Numbered from the whole stretch's first letter, positions 27,088 through 39,323 are shown. The stretch: DNA of 63,928 nt, filler included, from Octopus bimaculoides (GCF_001194135.2; 6 parts of 6 records of this genome joined end to end with filler, not necessarily neighbours in it); one strand, 5' to 3'. The notes: generated by a model from the letters alone, not told the origin. Numbers and translations: made by a program.

Positions 27088-29050
27088 CTATGTATGTACA
27101 CTCATACACACATGTATACATACATGCATTCATACGCACACACACACATACGCACACACTTTAAAATAAGGTACTGAGTTCTCATTTTTCTCACGTTTGT
27201 CAACCCAAACGTACTCACATATGTGTATATGCGCATGTCTACCTGTCTGTATGTATGTATGTATGTATGTATATATGTATGCAGTATATGTATGTGAGTG
27301 TGACACATGTCCACAGATATTTACAATATCCATATGAGACACCAAACCATGAAATCTCAGTTTCGTGCATTACATACGCAATCATCAGTAGAGGAAGTGA
27401 GATCTTAATATATTTTACACACCTAATTAATAGCTCCAACTATAAGAAACAGAACACAACATATCTAGTGGGACAATTCGTTGTCATTCTGATTCCCATT
27501 GTATCTCATTGTATTTGTGACTGTAAAACAGTTACAGTAAAATCGGATGTTTATTGTGTCGGGTATATCTAGATATTGGCTCTCAATAACATAACGCAGT
27601 AAAGTGTTCTCTGATGATCTGTTCGTGTTATGCACCAAGATTAACTTGGAAATCCAATGCAGAGCTCCAGGCAACTACAATGGTCAAACCTACGTAGAAA
27701 CCAATAATATAAACTTGTGTTTATCGTAAATTCTCCTACGTGTGCTCTGCATTTCAGAACAGTAATATTACTAATTACAGTAGTTGCTTAACCGCTATGT
27801 TGGAAGCATACTGAACGATGCAGACTGAATGATGATAGTCTACATGGAGCTCTAAACTTAACATCTATTTGTATACACGAGATAAACTACACACACGCGC
27901 GCACGTGGACACACACACATACATATACTGTTTTGGTGTTTTAGGCTACCATTGGTTTCATGTTAAGGTAACCCTCAACAATTATCAAGCCTATCACTTG
28001 GAACGTCGGTGTTCGTCTCCAATTTGGATTAAAATACATGTTTTAATCTAACACATGTTGAGAGCTTCCTTAACATGAAATCAATGGCAGCCTTAATCCA
28101 CAAATAATGAATCTCTATCCACCAATACGGTGTTGAGCACTCATTCTCATTGTTCGACATTTACGGATATATATNNNNNNNNNNNNNNNNNNNNNNNNNN
28201 NNNNNNNNNNNNNNNNNNNNNNNNNNNNNNNNNNNNNNNNNNNNNNNNNNNNNNNNNNNNNNNNNNNNNNNNNNNNNNNNNNNNNNNNNNNNNNNNNNNN
28301 NNNNNNNNNNNNNNNNNNNNNNNNNNNNNNNNNNNNNNNNNNNNNNNNNNNNNNNNNNNNNNNNNNNNNNNNNNNNNNNNNNNNNNNNNNNNNNNNNNNN
28401 NNNNNNNNNNNNNNNNNNNNNNNNNNNNNNNNNNNNNNNNNNNNNNNNNNNNNNNNNNNNNNNNNNNNNNNNNNNNNAAAAGACCTCACTTCATATCGTC
28501 GACTACTTTTACTGCTCTTCTATGCCATTCTGTAAACCTACCGTCGCCGTTTACAACCGCAAGCACAACTACAATGAAATCCACAATCGCCAACCATCAA
28601 CGCAGCCATAAGCAGTATTATCATTTTACAACATACTTTAATAATAATATAATACATGACATCTTAAGTGTTGTGCAGTGTGTAGAATATATATGCGTTT
28701 TTAGAATGTGTGTGCGTACGTGTGTGTATGTGTGTGTGTGTGTAGGTACTTGAGATAAATGGTGAGATAATAGGTTCTACACAAGTAATTAGAAAAGAAG
28801 AAGAATTATATAGTAAAATGGAAGCTGTAGAGATATAGTGACTCGGCAGACGAATACTTATCGTCTGCTGACAAGGAAAGTGGATAAAATGTATTTTATT
28901 GCAATTTAAGTCTCGCTCTCCTGCTCTTAATTGTTAAGAAAGATATTCGTTTGTTTGTGTTTGTGTGTTACCGCCCCATAAGTTATTTTCTATGTATATA
29001 CAAAATAGCGAATGAAAGATTACTTGGAAATAATTTCATTATTACCTCCG

Positions 29051-29105
<55 letters not shown>

Positions 29106-29316
29106 TGTATGTATGTATCTGTATGTATGTATGTATGTATGTATGTNNNNNNNNNNNNNNNNNNNNNNNNNNNNNNNNNNNNNNNNNNNNNNNNNNNNNN
29201 NNNNNNNNNNNNNNNNNNNNNNNNNNNNNNNNNNNNNNNNNNNNNNNNNNNNNNNNNNNNNNNNNNNNNNNNNNNNNNNNNTGTGTGTGTGTATATATGT
29301 ATATGTTTGTGTGTAC

Positions 29317-29352
<36 letters not shown>

Positions 29353-29409
29353 CGAGAGAGGAGAACGAAAGAGAGAGAGAGGGGGGAGACGAAGATGTGA
29401 ATATGATAT

Positions 29410-29555
29410 CGAGTGGCTTAGTGGTTAGGGTTATTCGGCTCACGACCTAAGGTCGTGAGTTTGATTCCCGATTGCACGTTGTGTCTTTGAGCAAGATACT
29501 TTATTTCTCGTCGCTCCAGTTCACTCAGCTGGTAAAAACGGAGTAGTTCCTGTAT
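29410..29555 (+). mobile_element. tRNA-type SINE (third head type)
   Basis: GAGTGGCTTAGTGGTTAGGG (A box)...GTCGTGAGTTTGATTCCCG (B box)...TTGAGCAAGATACTTTATTTC. Confidence 0.7.
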
Positions 29556-29732
29556 TAGCGTACTCGAGGTCGAGGCGCTGCGACTTCAGATTCTCCTCTA
29601 CTTGTTTCGCTCAAGTCTTCTTTGGTGAGCTGCGCTGGATTCTCCAGTGCTTGGTTAGCTACCACCACAAAAGTTATCTTCTATGTATATACAAAAAAGC
29701 GAATGAAAGATTACTTGGAAATAATCTCATTA

Positions 29733-30020
29733 TTAGCTCCGCCTTAGCGAAGGCGGAGGTATTGTTTTTCAGTCGTACTTGTTTGCTTGTTTGTTTGTCC
29801 GTGGACAAGATATCTCAAGAACTGCTGGATGGATTCAGATGAAACTTTCAGGTATGTTTGGTCTCGTGACTGGCGTGAACTGATTAGATTTTGGGATCGA
29901 TCTGGTACCGGACAAGGATTCTGGATTATTTTTCCAGTTGTTTTACTTAATTTTTGAGAGTGGTCGGGTTCATTTTTAGTATTCTCGTTTGTGAGAGCAG
30001 TCGAGTTTATTTCAGATATT
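29733..30020 (+). mobile_element. DINE-1/HINE-like (Helentron-associated) non-autonomous element
   Basis: 5' stem-loop CTCCGCCT-tagcga-AGGCGGAG, GTTT/GTCY microsatellite, then AAGATATCTCAAGAACT...GGATTCAGATGAAACTTTCAGG, the layout of DINE-1-like elements. A related 5' fragment lies near 10045-10080. Confidence 0.6.
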
Positions 30021-30510
30021 TACATCGATGTACCCATCCACCCCACACGCACACAAAATTTCAGGCCTTGTGCCTATAGTAGAAAGGATTATTATGGTCT
30101 CAGTTCGTATCTCTGCAAAATGTGAGGGGGGGAAAAATGCAGCAATCACAAACCAGCTATTCAATATATAGTGTTGCCTGGGAAAAGCTTTCTCTTGAGA
30201 AATTGAAGTTATAGCAAGTGTTTGTTTGTAAAGATACATTGAGGAACAGTGCCAGAAGCGTTTGTTGAAAAACCTTGAAATATACATATAATATAGTATG
30301 GGAAGAGTTGTTGTTGTTGCCAAGGTGACAATTTGTTGAGCTCAAAAGAAACATCATCGTATGCATGTGTCTCTGGCTGTGAATGCGCATGGCGAAACGT
30401 ATAGCAAGAGCCCTAGTTTCACTTTCTATCCCGCTTCGTTTTTCATGCGTTATTTTTAGATGCACAATTGTTTCAGGGACAAACACACAAGCATCAATGC
30501 TTGTACGTAC

Positions 30511-30541
<31 letters not shown>

Positions 30542-31260
30542 CATACATACACATCATTTAATGAACGCAGTATGAAGATACGAGCTACTAATACTTTCTT
30601 GCTTTGGAGACGTGGGTCTTGGAAGGTTTTTATAACACGCCTTGTGTCTCTACGCAACCTTCAGGCTCCGAGCACATGGTCTATTCAATTTAGAAATCAG
30701 GACCTGCATATACATACATATATATATATATATATATANNNNNNNNNNNNNNNNNNNNNNNNNNNNNNNNNNNNNNNNNNNNNNNNNNNNNNNNNNNNNN
30801 NNNNNNNNNNNNNNNNNNNNNNNNNNNNNNNNNNNNNNNNNNNNNNNNNNNNNNNNNNNNNNNNNNNNNNNNNNNNNNNNNNNNNNNNNNNNNNNNNNNN
30901 NNNNNNNNNNNNNNNNNNNNNNNNNNNNNNNNNNNNNNNNNNNNNNNNNNNNNNNNNNNNNNNNNNNNNNNNNNNNNNNNNNNNNNNNNNNNNNNNNNNN
31001 NNNNNNNNNNNNNNNNNNNNNNNNNNNNNNNNNNNNNNNNNNNNNNNNNNNNNNNNNNNNNNNNNNNNNNNNNNNNNNNNNNNNNNNNNNNNNNNNNNNN
31101 NNNNNNNNNNNNNNNNNNNNNNNNNNNNNNNNNNNNNNNNNNNNNNNNNNNNNNNNNNNNNNNNNNNNNNNNNNNNNNNNNNNNNNNNNNNNNNNNNNNN
31201 NNNNNNNNNNNNNNNNNNNNNNNNNNNNNNNNNNNNNNNNNNNNNNNNNNNNNNNNNNNN

Positions 31261-31328
<68 letters not shown>

Positions 31329-32301
31329 GAATAATAATAATAATATGTAACAACAAAAGAATAAACATATAAAGGCTGGTAGAATCATTAACACGTCGAA
31401 TGAAATTTTTAACGGGATTTCCTCTTGATCTTAATATTCTGAGTTCAAATTACGCTGTGGTCCACTTAGCCTTTCATCCTTTCGGGGTCGGTAATATAAG
31501 TATCAGTTGAGCACTGGGTCGATGTAATCGACTAACTCCCTTCCCTTTAAATTTTTCTAGCTTTGTGTCAAAATTTGAAACCCTGTGTGTGCATGTGTGT
31601 GCGTGTGTGTACGTGTACGTATGTGTGTGTGTGTGTGCGTGTGTGTGTGTGTATTATACATACATATATATGTATACATATATAATAGTAATACACACAC
31701 AAACATGCACACAATCATTCTCATACCCGCACATCCTTTCTGACGTGTCTTAAGCGCCTCTATCTCTAATCTTCATTGATATGATATGATGAAAAATTGT
31801 CAGAGATACGGCAGACAATATCGATGAAGATATGGTGGCAAAGGTGGGGGCAGTATCGGGTTTTAAATTTGAGATAGACTGACTAGAGAGGTATTAGTGT
31901 TAGTAAATTTTATTACATCACGATCTCATAATGATAGCACTGTTAACAAATAGCTATATATATCTTTGCTTATGGCAAATGATATCAGCTCGGAGTTAAG
32001 AGGATTGTATAGCTAATGCTTTAGATCAAGATTGTGTTTGCAAATTTAAGTGGATGAAAGACGAGACAATTTCCCACCAGTATAAAACGCCTATCTTTCA
32101 TAAGTGATATTATTCTGTGTGTGCACAAACACACGCGCGCGCTTCTTTCTTTCTTTCTTTCTCACACACATCCATACACATACATAGATAGATACACGCA
32201 CACGTACACACACGCGCGTATTCTCTTTCACTTTCTCTTTCTCTCTCTATTTGTCTTTCTCTAGGTATCTCTCTATAACTCTATGTTTGTAGATATATTT
32301 G

Positions 32302-32333
<32 letters not shown>

Positions 32334-32473
32334 NNNNNNNNNNNNNNNNNNNNNNNNNNNNNNNNNNNNNNNNNNNNNNNNNNNNNNNNNNNNNNNNNNN
32401 NNNNNNNNNNNNNNNNNNNNNNNNNNNNNNNNNNNNNNNNNNNNNNNNNNNNNNNNNNNNNNNNNNNNNNNNN

Positions 32474-32536
<63 letters not shown>

Positions 32537-32674
32537 TAATGTGCTCCCCATCCCCAGGGGCGTTCGGTGAATTATATGATAAAATGAGAAGGTTGCAAAA
32601 AGTATTAGTCTGAGGGAAAGGTAGTAACATATATACACGACGCTGCATATATACTTTCGTAAATACATAGATAC

Positions 32675-32769
<95 letters not shown>

Positions 32770-32879
32770 CACACACACAAACACACATACAAATACAGAA
32801 AGTGGAGTGTGAGGAATACGTAGGAATACGAGAGAGGGATTAGGTGGTTTTTCTTTAACGAGAGAGGAGGTAGGTGGTT

Positions 32880-32928
32880 TTTCAGAAAAGTTCCACATAT
32901 GGAACTTTTCCTTCATCAGCTGCCTCTG
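32880..32928 (-). ncRNA. Decayed hammerhead-like motif with a perfect 11-bp hairpin
   Basis: Minus strand CUGAUGA-AG-GAAAAGUUCCA-UAUG-UGGAACUUUUC-U-GAAA; stems I and III are imperfect. Confidence 0.35.
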
Positions 32929-33004
32929 TTCTAAAATAGGCGTTTCGAATATATATATATATATATAATTTAATTTTTTGTTTATTTTATTCTTTTCTTT
33001 TCAG

Positions 33005-33076
33005 ATTTGGACGTCACTGTTCCGAGATATTCCGCGCTATACGATTGGTAGTTGATCCTGGGATCCATGCGTTCGG
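33005..33076 (+). CDS. DUF885-family protein, coding exon C
   Basis: Acceptor ttttcttttcag|ATTT and donor TTCGG|gtaggt; 72 nt, phase 2/2; FGRHCSEIFRAIRLVVDPGIHAF(G), matching FGxLxxExxRAxRLVVDTGIH. Confidence 0.93.
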
Positions 33077-33472
33077 GTAGGTTGAAGGAATATATTGAAG
33101 TTCTATCCAGATAACGATATAACCGGGTTCGATAAAATAAGTACCAGATGGACACCGGGTGTCGATGTAATAGAGTTATCTCCTCCTCTGAACTTGCTGG
33201 CCTTGTGCCAAAATTTGAAATCATTATTTTGTCCAGCACTGTATTTGTATGTATGTATGTCATTATTCAGTTTATTTCAAGGTTTCTTGCCAATAGAGAA
33301 AGGACCGGTTTCTAACCTCGATCCAAGTTTCCTTCATTGGAATTTCAACATCAGCAATAGGGTATTTTTGCATGTATGTATAGGGAGAATTCACGAAAAA
33401 AACAACAGACGAAGACAGGTGGTGTAGACAACAAATGCATGTATTAGTATAACGCTCGGGAATAGAGAAAGT

Positions 33473-33508
33473 CTTTAACGTTTCGAGCCTACGCTCTTCA
33501 ACAGAAAG
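33473..33508 (-). ncRNA. Minimal hammerhead-like variant within a Penelope-type terminal repeat (about 33262-33545)
   Basis: Minus strand CUUU-CUGUUGA-A-GAGC-GUAG-GCUC-GAAAC-GU-U-AAAG: stems I and II pair, stem III is palindromic and loopless, core has A6>U. Confidence 0.5.
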
Positions 33509-33826
33509 GAACACAGAAGGAAGCAAGGAGAGAAACAAGGAGAGAAAAAAATGTGTGTAGTGGTCAGCGATCTATGTATGTATGTATATATGTATGTATG
33601 CTTTATGCATGTATTCTCATGCATATAGTTACATATCTAGACATGCTCATATGTATGTATATATATATATATATGTATGGGTGTACGTGTGTATGTGTGT
33701 ATATGTGTATATGTATGTATGTATGTACGTACGTATGTGTGTTCGTATGTGTATGTATGTATGTATGTATGTATGTATGTATGTATCAATCTTGAATTCA
33801 AACGTGTGCTTTTTATGATCTTTCAG

Positions 33827-33996
33827 ATGGACACGAGAACAGGCAATCAATTTTATAACGAACTACACAGAATTTCCAATCCAGCAGGTTGAGATAGAAG
33901 TAGATCGATATATTACTTGGCCGGGCCAGGCGTGTACATATAAAATTGGAGAATTGAAAATTAAAGAATTAAGAAGTATAGCTGAGAGAACTTTAG
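33827..33996 (+). CDS. DUF885-family protein, coding exon D
   Basis: Acceptor gatctttcag|ATGG and donor TTTAG|gtgagt; 170 nt, phase 2/1; WTREQAINFITNYTEFPIQQVEIEVDRYITWPGQACTYKIGELKIKELRSIAERTL(G), containing the family signature EVDRYIxWPGQAxxYKIG. Confidence 0.95.
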
Positions 33997-34836
33997 GTGA
34001 GTGATCCAACACGGTTGTATTGGTAGTGAAAAAATGGCTGTTTGGTAATTGTACTGGAAAGAGTTCAAATCCACAACTGTTCCTTTTGCTGGGAAGGGGA
34101 TTCTTCCACTTCCCAGCAAAATATACCTGCAGTAGCAGCAGCGGCGGCGGCGACGGCGGCGTAATTTTCTCCATGTAGTTTTATTAATCTTAACACTCAA
34201 AACTATATACGTACATTCTACATCAATATAAATGCTTAGCGTTATAGAATACGATTTTGTATTTACATATATAGAGAAAATTAACTTATCTAGTCATGTA
34301 TATCGGAACATTTTGGTTTCATGCAAGATTCAACGCATAAATAAGTCTGTATTGACATCTCATATTTAGTGATTCTATGTTTGTTATTGACACCTCGTGG
34401 AAATATTTACTGATTGCATATTTGTATTGGTAATTTAATTTCTATGTGAACTGATAGTAGATTCTGCTTGATTCCTCTGAATCCAGTTTTCTACTTTATT
34501 TGTGCAAATAAACAAATAAACCGCCTGGGCTCGATATACAAACATATATACTGATATATAAAATGTATATAGATATATACATGTAAATGTATATATGTAT
34601 ATATCGTATATCTAGCCCAAGTGGTTTTATTTGTTTATTTGCATCATTATCTCCATGCCCGCTCACTTGGATTCCTCTTATAGTCACTCTTTACCCTACG
34701 GACTTTGTCCTTGGTAAAGATTTCGGAGTATGTATGTATGTATGTATGTATGTACGTACGTACGTGTGTATGTATGTATGTATGTATTTTACAAAATCCA
34801 TTTGTTTTTATGTTTTCTTTTTTTCTTTTAACACAG

Positions 34837-35102
34837 GTGATTTATTTAATATCAAAGACTTCCACCATCAAATTTTAAAAAATGGTCGAATATCGCTGGC
34901 TTTATTGGAAGAAGTCATCTTAGAATGGATCGACAAAGTGAAGCAATCTGCAGCCGATCATTCAGGTGGCGCCATGGTGCAAAGTGGTTCAGGTGCAAAG
35001 TGGTTGAGCAGACGACCAACTTCCACTGTAATGGCCACCATCTTCACTAGTGTTTTACTGACGTCATATTCACACATTTACTTTCCACTAAACGTTCTTT
35101 GA
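34837..35102 (+). CDS. DUF885-family protein, terminal coding exon with hydrophobic GPI-signal-like tail
   Basis: Acceptor ttttaacacag|GTGAT, phase 1; DLFNIKDFHHQILKNGRISLALLEEVILEWIDKVK resembles the DUF885 end GDKFDIxxFHxxVLxxGxxPLxxLExxVxxWI, followed by QSAADHSGGAMVQSGSGAKWLSRRPTSTVMATIFTSVLLTSYSHIYFPLNVL and TGA at 35100-35102. Confidence 0.93.
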
Positions 35103-35166
35103 CGAAACTGAAGAAATATCAAAACTAAAAAAACCATTTCGCATTGAAATATTATTCTATTTATTT

Positions 35167-35172
35167 AATAAA
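35167..35172 (+). terminator. Candidate polyadenylation signal of the DUF885 gene
   Basis: AATAAA 65 nt after the stop codon, with GT/T-rich sequence about 30-50 nt downstream (gtgtgtttgttttc). The region is AT-rich, so it could be chance. Confidence 0.4.
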
Positions 35173-35315
35173 TCTTTAATGAATTATCACCACTCACCCA
35201 CAAAGTGTGTTTGTTTTCATTATTATTATTATTTTCTTTCTTTGGCTGAAGAACGATCTTCTACGTCTGGCCCTCTAATTTCAATTCGAGGATGTAAGGA
35301 AGAAAGAAATGAACA

Positions 35316-35536
35316 TTCAAGGAAGTGCTGAAAAGTTCCTGCCTTTAGGTAAAAGAAAATACAGGAGAATCAGTTAATTATGATTTTATTCAACATATTT
35401 TCCTCTCAGATTCGTACACTTATTGCAGCGGTCCTTCAGTTTTTCTGAGCCTTGTAAAAGATCTTGGAAGGTTGGGCCTCAAACCAGGCCATTCGCAATA
35501 CCCTTAAAGCAAGGAACTTTTCAGCATCCCCTCGTA
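35316..35536. mobile_element. Mariner-derived MITE just downstream of the DUF885 stop
   Basis: Imperfect TIRs ...GTGCTGAAAAGTTCCTGCCTTTA and TAAAGCAAGGAACTTTTCAGCATCCCCTCG-TA. Confidence 0.75.
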
Positions 35537-37444
35537 TGTTGTTTCGGTAGGAAGATATTATTAATCTTAATCACAAAGGGACAATGATATAGCAAAATGT
35601 CCTGCAGTTCTGAAAACCTAAGGAATTAGTCCTAAATGATTGTTTGAAATAATGAAGAGATGATTAATAAAAATCCTCCTATATTATTACTAAAAGATCA
35701 GGTAATTTGTGTATTGATAATTTGTTTAGGAATTGATGAAGAAGAGTTAAGAAATGATGGGAAAATTCAATTGATACAAAAAAGAAGAGAGGTATCAGTA
35801 TACTATAAGAAAGATTTTATATAAAGAGACAAAGTTCGTTCCTGCTTCTTTTCTACTTTCTCTTTCTCGCACGCACACGCAAGCCCCCCCCCCCACATCC
35901 TATAAAGAAGGTCATCCAGTTAATTGACAAATTCCCAGTCGCTAACTTATAACGACCTCTAACCCACAGACGTTCTGTAAGGTCATCACCCTTTCTAATT
36001 CTCCATATGTAATTTCCTCTCGGTAAAGGTTCTTCTTGAACTAACAGATGTTTAAACAGAACATCAAACGTATGAATCTCACCGTCTTCATCTGAAACTA
36101 CCCACCTGAAGGTCATATGTGCTACTCTTTCCTCCTGTTGAACCTTTGAACAAAAAGATTAAGTAGAATTCAGTATTTCAAATTATCTCACGAAGAAGCA
36201 CGTAAATCTATTGTGAAATCTTCACCACCATCGTTTCACCGAGAAAAATGAGATAAGAAAAATGAAAAGAAATTGGTCAAATTACCAGAGTCAAACCTAA
36301 AGATAATGTTACAAAATTGTACTAGAAAGATATGAGGATTATGTAATCGTGTTAGAACTCGCCCCTTAAGAAATGCCATAAAGAGCCGTGTGTGATCTGT
36401 GTGCTGCAGGTTGCCACCGTCTGATTTAGGGGGTTATAACCTCGTTGTTATTTTCAACTAAGACTAGGTTAACAAGCAGTTTACTGTCGTAAAAAAGTGA
36501 ATGTAAATTGTTTTAAAAAATGAAAGTAAACTTGGCTACAAACCACAAGTGACGACAGTAACATGCCAAAATTTCATAAAAGAATATAAAGAACTCCCTC
36601 GTTATGATAAAAGACATCTGACACTACCAGTAATAATTCAACTAATTGAAGAGACTATCGGCTAAACGAAATGATTTTTGAACTACCTGTAAGTAATATC
36701 ACAGTGATTGATTCGTGCAATTTCCTGAGATGTATGTGAGCAACACTTGGAAGATCGTCCACAGAAACTCGAGGAATTGCTTCATGCAGGATGTTCCATC
36801 ACTGTTGGAAATAGACAAATCCAAATACATACATCGGAGATATCTAACTGAAGCCAGTGGTATGTAGAGAATTTTGTGTTTGATGCTGGGGTAGAGGAAA
36901 ATACTGCTTGACTGAGGTCTCCGACCGATGTCACGGTCGTCTCTTCCGGTTTCTCTCGCAATTTACTTTCAGTTCTTTAGGACATTTAAGTTTCATTTTT
37001 TTACCACGATAAACAGAATGTTATCCTATGACTAAATACATATACTTGTATATGAATGATTAGACAAGTTTACTTGTATCAAGTATATTATATATGATAG
37101 CGTCTGAATTTTTAGGAAAAGAATTAGTCGATTTTTATCGACCACAACAGACTCGTGGTTTATTTTATCAACCCCGAAGGTCTAAAATGCAAAGTTGATC
37201 ACCGAACCGTAAAAAGACAGAACAAATACAGCAAGGAATTTTCCCCGACGCTCTATAGATTTTGCCAGCTCGCCGCCCTTTCATGTCCCATAATAATGAA
37301 AAGGTAGAATAGAGTTTACGTTCATATAACTCTTCTTTCTTCACTACGGTGTTGGACAAGTTTAAATCATCTTAATTTTCTAAAACAGCGATTTATCCAC
37401 CTTTTCAATCTTCGCAGTGCTATATATATATATATATATATAAC

Positions 37445-37766
37445 CGATCTTATGGTCTGCAATACCAACTTCAGGAAACCTGCCAGTCACCTAGTCACCT
37501 ACCGCTCCGGCAGACACTCTAGCCAAATCGACTACATCCTCGCCAGAAATAGGGAAAGAGGGCGGCTTATAAATGCCAAAACCTACCCTGGCGAAGAATG
37601 TACCCCACAACATAGATTAGTAGTTAGCGACTTTGGGATCAAGGCAAAATGGGTGCCCAGAATTAGACAGGCTTGGAGGAGAAGGGTGTGGAAGCTTAAA
37701 GACCCTGCAAACGGACAGAGACTTAGAGACAAGTTACTTGAAGCATTTAACGAAATAGAAGGGGAT
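37445..37766 (+). mobile_element. RTE-clade LINE, end of the APE endonuclease domain (open frame running into a gap)
   Basis: NTNFRKPASHLVTYRSGRHSSQIDYILARNRER...TYPGEECTPQHRLVVSDF (QIDY and HxLV motifs), with no stops. Confidence 0.85.
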
Positions 37767-38093
37767 NNNNNNNNNNNNNNNNNNNNNNNNNNNNNNNNNN
37801 NNNNNNNNNNTTAATTAATTAANNNNNNNNNNNNNNNNNNNNNNNNNNNNNNNNNNNNNNNNNNNNACACACACACACACACACATGTATATGTATATAT
37901 TTATGTGTGTATGTCGTTGTGTCTGTGTTTGTCCCTTCACCATCACTTGATAACCGATCCTTGTGTATTTACGTTCCCGTAAAATAGCGGTTCGATAAAG
38001 GGAATCGGTAGAATTAGTACTATCGACTAAAAACCCATTTTGGCCGCAGTCAAATGACTGAAACAAGTAAAAGAAAAAAAAAGAATATATATG

Positions 38094-38129
<36 letters not shown>

Positions 38130-39093
38130 GTATATATGAATATGAGCATGTGTGTAAAAGCTTAAAAATAAGACAAACTAAAACAAAAACAAGGCAAGTT
38201 TTTTTAAAGACTTGGTCTTTTTGTCCTATCATATCACGCATCTCACTTTAGAAAAAAAATTGGTTTTTTGTATCTCGTTGCGATTGATATATTGTTCCAA
38301 TAGACACATCATTCAAACTGGCATTAGAGATTTAGCACAGTTAACTAGGGCCAAACATTCCTCTTTCCTGCCATAAAGAGGTTGGTAATAAGAGATAAAA
38401 TTTGAGATAGAATTCAAAGACTCAGAAAATTAAGACGTAAGAAAAAAAAAAAAAAAGAAGAGACATTCCCTTATGGTCAAACGATATATAATCCAAGACT
38501 CGAAGACTTTTACTGGTTCACTGCTCTAAATTGGAACTTTATTCATTGATTTTAAAATTTGATTTCGGCTAGGTTTGAATCAATTGCAAAGGTAGCCTTA
38601 AAGCCAACAATCCACGATTCTGCCGATCCGCTGTTCCCTTTTATCCAAACATTTAGTTAATACTTAGAAAAATTATAATCTTATTATCAACAACACATTA
38701 CAGATACCGAATTATTTAATCGGCATAAGTGTTGTTCTCCTAAATCTGGTTTTCATTAACGGCTCTTTGGCTGTTTGAAGCTCAACCGATTATTTTTAAG
38801 AAGATTAAATCATTCCTAAAGATAATTCCAGCAACTAGTATTATTAGTTTATCAAACAGTATCCTAAATGAGTGATAGAACTACGTAGGCAAAGTCATAG
38901 TGATGTCTACAGGAATTATCATGAATACTTCCATACAGTTGGAAACTGTTTCAGTTATTTTAATCATAAACACTTGGCTGTGTAATATCTGGCATGAAAC
39001 CATTACTTCAATGACAACAATCTGATTTATCGTTTAAGAAATGATACTCCTTAACTCAATGGTTAAACGGAAGGAAGACTGGCGTTGAATTTC

Positions 39094-39323
39094 GGGAGGC
39101 GGCAGAATCGTTAGCACGCCTGGCGAAATGCTTAGCGGTATTTCCTCTACTGTTACGTTCTGAGTTCAAATTCCGCCGAGGTCGATTTTTGCCTTTCTTC
39201 CTTTCGGAGTCGATTAAATAAGTACCAGTTACGCACTGGGGGTCGATATAATCGATTTAATCCCTTTGTCTGTCCTTGTTTGTCCCCTCTATGTTTAGCC
39301 CCTTGTGAGCAATAAAGAAATAA
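39094..39323 (+). mobile_element. tRNA-type SINE family A, full-length copy
   Basis: GGCAGAATCGTTAGCACGCC (A-box-like)...GAGTTCAAATTCCGCC (B-box-like)...GTCGATAAATAAGTACCAG-like core. Other copies at about 8021-8160(-), 20177-20388(+), 31373-31582(+), 33100-33230(+), 37140-37280(-), 40312-40505(-), 51755-51825(-), 51872-52088(-). Confidence 0.85.

Noticed and set aside
30370-30410. CUGUGAA...GGCGAAACGUA minimal hammerhead-like relic
   Set aside because: The core lacks A6 by deletion and stem II does not pair.
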